NCBI GenBank assembly: GCA_024137785.1 | Contig: JAHRHZ010000019.1 | Span: 853,725 to 917,724 of the forward strand | From: Ginglymostoma cirratum | Lineage: Eukaryota | Direction: 5' to 3' | Length of the DNA stretch: 64,000 nucleotides | Shown: piece by piece, positions 61,616 to 64,000 of the stretch | How the letters are laid out: each line of letters starts with the position of its first letter | Numbering within the stretch: the first letter of the stretch is position 1 | Notes under the pieces: model-generated | Told to the model about the DNA's origin: nothing | What the model saw: only the letters and a program-made list of their open reading frames with translations | Databases searched by the model: none | Made by a program: the position numbers and the translations under genes

Positions 61616-63783
61616 CATTATACCTAATTTCCTGTGTAAAACATGATTTGGCCACCTCTCCCCATTTACTTGGGCATCAGGTGGCAGTAGTTGTGGTAAA
61701 GATCCTGTATCCAGGGAATGGAGGGAGAGACTCTCCAAATTCGCTCAGTCTGACCCCCAGGACCCTGTGCATTGGCCTCAGTTTGCTGAGGCTGGACAGG
61801 CTGTATCTCTGTAGAGCTTCGGGGAAATCCTGCCTCTTTAAATACAGCCTGGCTTCCTTTTCTAATACAGCAGACCTTCCCAGTTCCAATCGTCACATTT
61901 GCTATGTATTGTGAGGAAGCCTCTCTCAATATGAATAGTCCAGGGAAGAGAATTGCAGTGTGAGGCAAGTTAGCTTGTTTCAGACAGAGGTTTGACAGTA
62001 TGAGCTCAACATGTCATTGGAAGAGCAACATCTGTATTGCTGTTCTCAGCACACATTGGAGGAGGTGGAGGGACAGTGCAGTGATGGGGCAGATGGAAAT
62101 ATTGAGCAGGTTTCTGAGGGTGAAATGATGATAGTGAGGTGCTCAGGAATGGTGCCCTGGGGACACAGCAGAGATGCTCATAGACTGGAGGAGAAAGCAT
62201 TGGTGCTGGGAGGAAGCTGATGATGAGAACAGTCAGAGAGGGACCCTGAGAGACCAGTGCCGGGACCTGCATTGTGTCCCCAAGACTTTCCAACAGAAAG
62301 AAGGGCTCAATGGCATTCAAAGGAGTGGAGAGGTGAGGGGATATGTGGAGGGAGAAACAAGTGAGATGTGCAATCATACCGAGATCAGTTGTGATGTTGA
62401 TCAGTGGGTGCTCAGTGTTGGGCCTGAGAGTGAATCTGGATTCCAGGACCTGGGAGTGGGTAGGAGCTGGCTCCCCATTGCAAGAGGCAAGATGCGGTCA
62501 GATGTCTTCTCTGGATTGTGGAGTCAGAGGGACTCCATGTGGTGCTAATGATTGGCCTGGGAAGGAGCATTGTTGATTGGAGGGGCTTCGTGCTCACAGT
62601 TCCCTCCCACAAGCAGTCGGCCATTCGAATCAATTTTCTGATATTTCATTGATTTTCTTAAGAAGCAATTATTTCGATATGATACATTAATGACACAGAT
62701 AAAAAAGGTTTCCATCAGTGACAGTGGGGGATGATTCACTGGGACAAGAGGACAAACAGGACAACAGAGCAGTGTGTTTCAGTGTTGTTACCAAGGCAGG
62801 GGTGGGGTGGGGGGGGAGGTGGATCCTACTCTCTATAATTAGAACATAGAACATGGAACATGCAGCAGTGCGGCACAGGAGCAGGCCCTTCAGCCCACCA
62901 TGTCAGTGCCAACCATGATGCTATTCTAAATAAATCCCAGCTGGCTGCACACGATCCATAGCCCTGTATTCCCTGCCTGTTCATGTGACTGTCTAAATGC
63001 CTCTTCAATGTTGTTTTCGTATCTGTTTCTACTACCTCCCCTGGCAGTGCATTCGAAGGCACCTACCACCGCCCACGTAAGAAACTTTGCTCACATGATC
63101 TTTAAACTTGCCCCCTCTCACCCTAAACCTACGCACCCCGGTTTTTGACATTTCCATCCTGGGACAAAGGCTCTGTTTATCAACCCGATCCATCCGTCTC
63201 ATAATTTTGTGGAGGATTTGGAGACGGTACGGAAGATGTTGTCTGAGTTAATGTGAATTAGCTATGAGGAGAGATTAGACAAACATGAATTGTTTTAGCA
63301 GGAGTCTTGGATGCTGAGGGACAACCTGATAGAAGTGTGTGTGAGACAGACGGCAGGATTGGTGAGACACGGTGTTCGGGGGCTGATGTATGAAGTGGGA
63401 TTGTCAGAAGCTGGATCCTGAGTCTCTGAGCAGCTTTTGGGCACAGGGTCAGTTGGTAATTGGGCAATGCCCAAAGTCAGTGAATTCTCAGGAGCTCTGT
63501 GTATCAGAGGTGAAGCATTATCGTAGAAGCAGGCCAAAATGGCGATGAGATTCTGAACAGAGTTAATATTGTTTAATACACTGTTTATTTAATTTTTTTG
63601 GTTTATTTTGATGGATTTTGTTTGATCTGAATCAGTCGTAGATGCAGCTCAATGATTTAGTGCAACAACCTGTTCTTTCTGTTTAATTCAAAACTCTTGC
63701 CACCTTATCAGATCCTTTCAATACGTTGGCGCAGAGAATCTGCTCTTGTGGGAATAAATTTATTGTTATCTTTTTCTTTAAAG

Positions 63784-64000
63784 GTATCACTGGTCCAGTC
63801 CTTCTACAGTCTCTGAGCCTAGAACGTGTCACCGAGGGTCACGCTGCCTGGTTACAGTGCACCAATGTAACAGTGGCACACATCGATGTTCACAGGTACC
63901 GGCTGTGCCTGGAGCAACTTATGAAGCAGATTTTAACACATCCAAGAATTGGCTCCACACACGGGAGACCAGGATTCACTGAGCGATTCCAGCCTTCCAG
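63784..64000 (+). CDS. Gene C VJ-family V exon (paralog of gene A V1/V2), truncated by window end; possibly a pseudogene
   Basis: aag|GT acceptor. GITGPVLLQSLSLERVTEGHAAWLQCTNVTVAHIDVHRYRLCLEQLMKQILTHPRIGSTHGRPGFTERFQPS is open, but the core Trp is replaced by Arg. Upstream intron 63544-63783 is homologous to 2083-2325. Confidence 0.85.

Noticed and set aside
61666-62620. Overlapping short ORFs (one faintly TPR-like: EKEARLYLKRQDFPEALQRY)
   Set aside because: No convincing splice structure or recognisable domain; probably a decayed repeat. Left unclassified.

Overview
Repeat-rich vertebrate genomic DNA. The SINE/LINE families (HE1-type V-SINE, CR1-type LINEs, Penelope-like elements) point to a cartilaginous fish, probably a shark. 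The window holds a tandem, same-strand cluster of immunoglobulin-superfamily receptor genes. In each complete V exon, the V-set domain and its J-like G strand (Y/S-G-x-G-x-x-L-x-V) sit in one germline exon, with no RSS and no C1 exon. Gene A (2326-13980, leader not found in window) has 3 VJ domains, a TM and a tail with three tyrosine motifs (AVYATV, CHYAEL, SEYAVV), so it looks inhibitory. Gene B (33213-49301) is complete: leader, 1 VJ domain, an uncharged TM, a juxtamembrane CxxC and a long tail with a YxN motif. Gene C starts at 63784 as a paralog of gene A V1 that has lost the core Trp, and is cut by the window end. The exon models were built by hand from splice consensus and phase and have no transcript support. 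Most of the rest is transposon debris, including many Penelope-derived minimal hammerhead ribozyme motifs. There are two assembly gaps.
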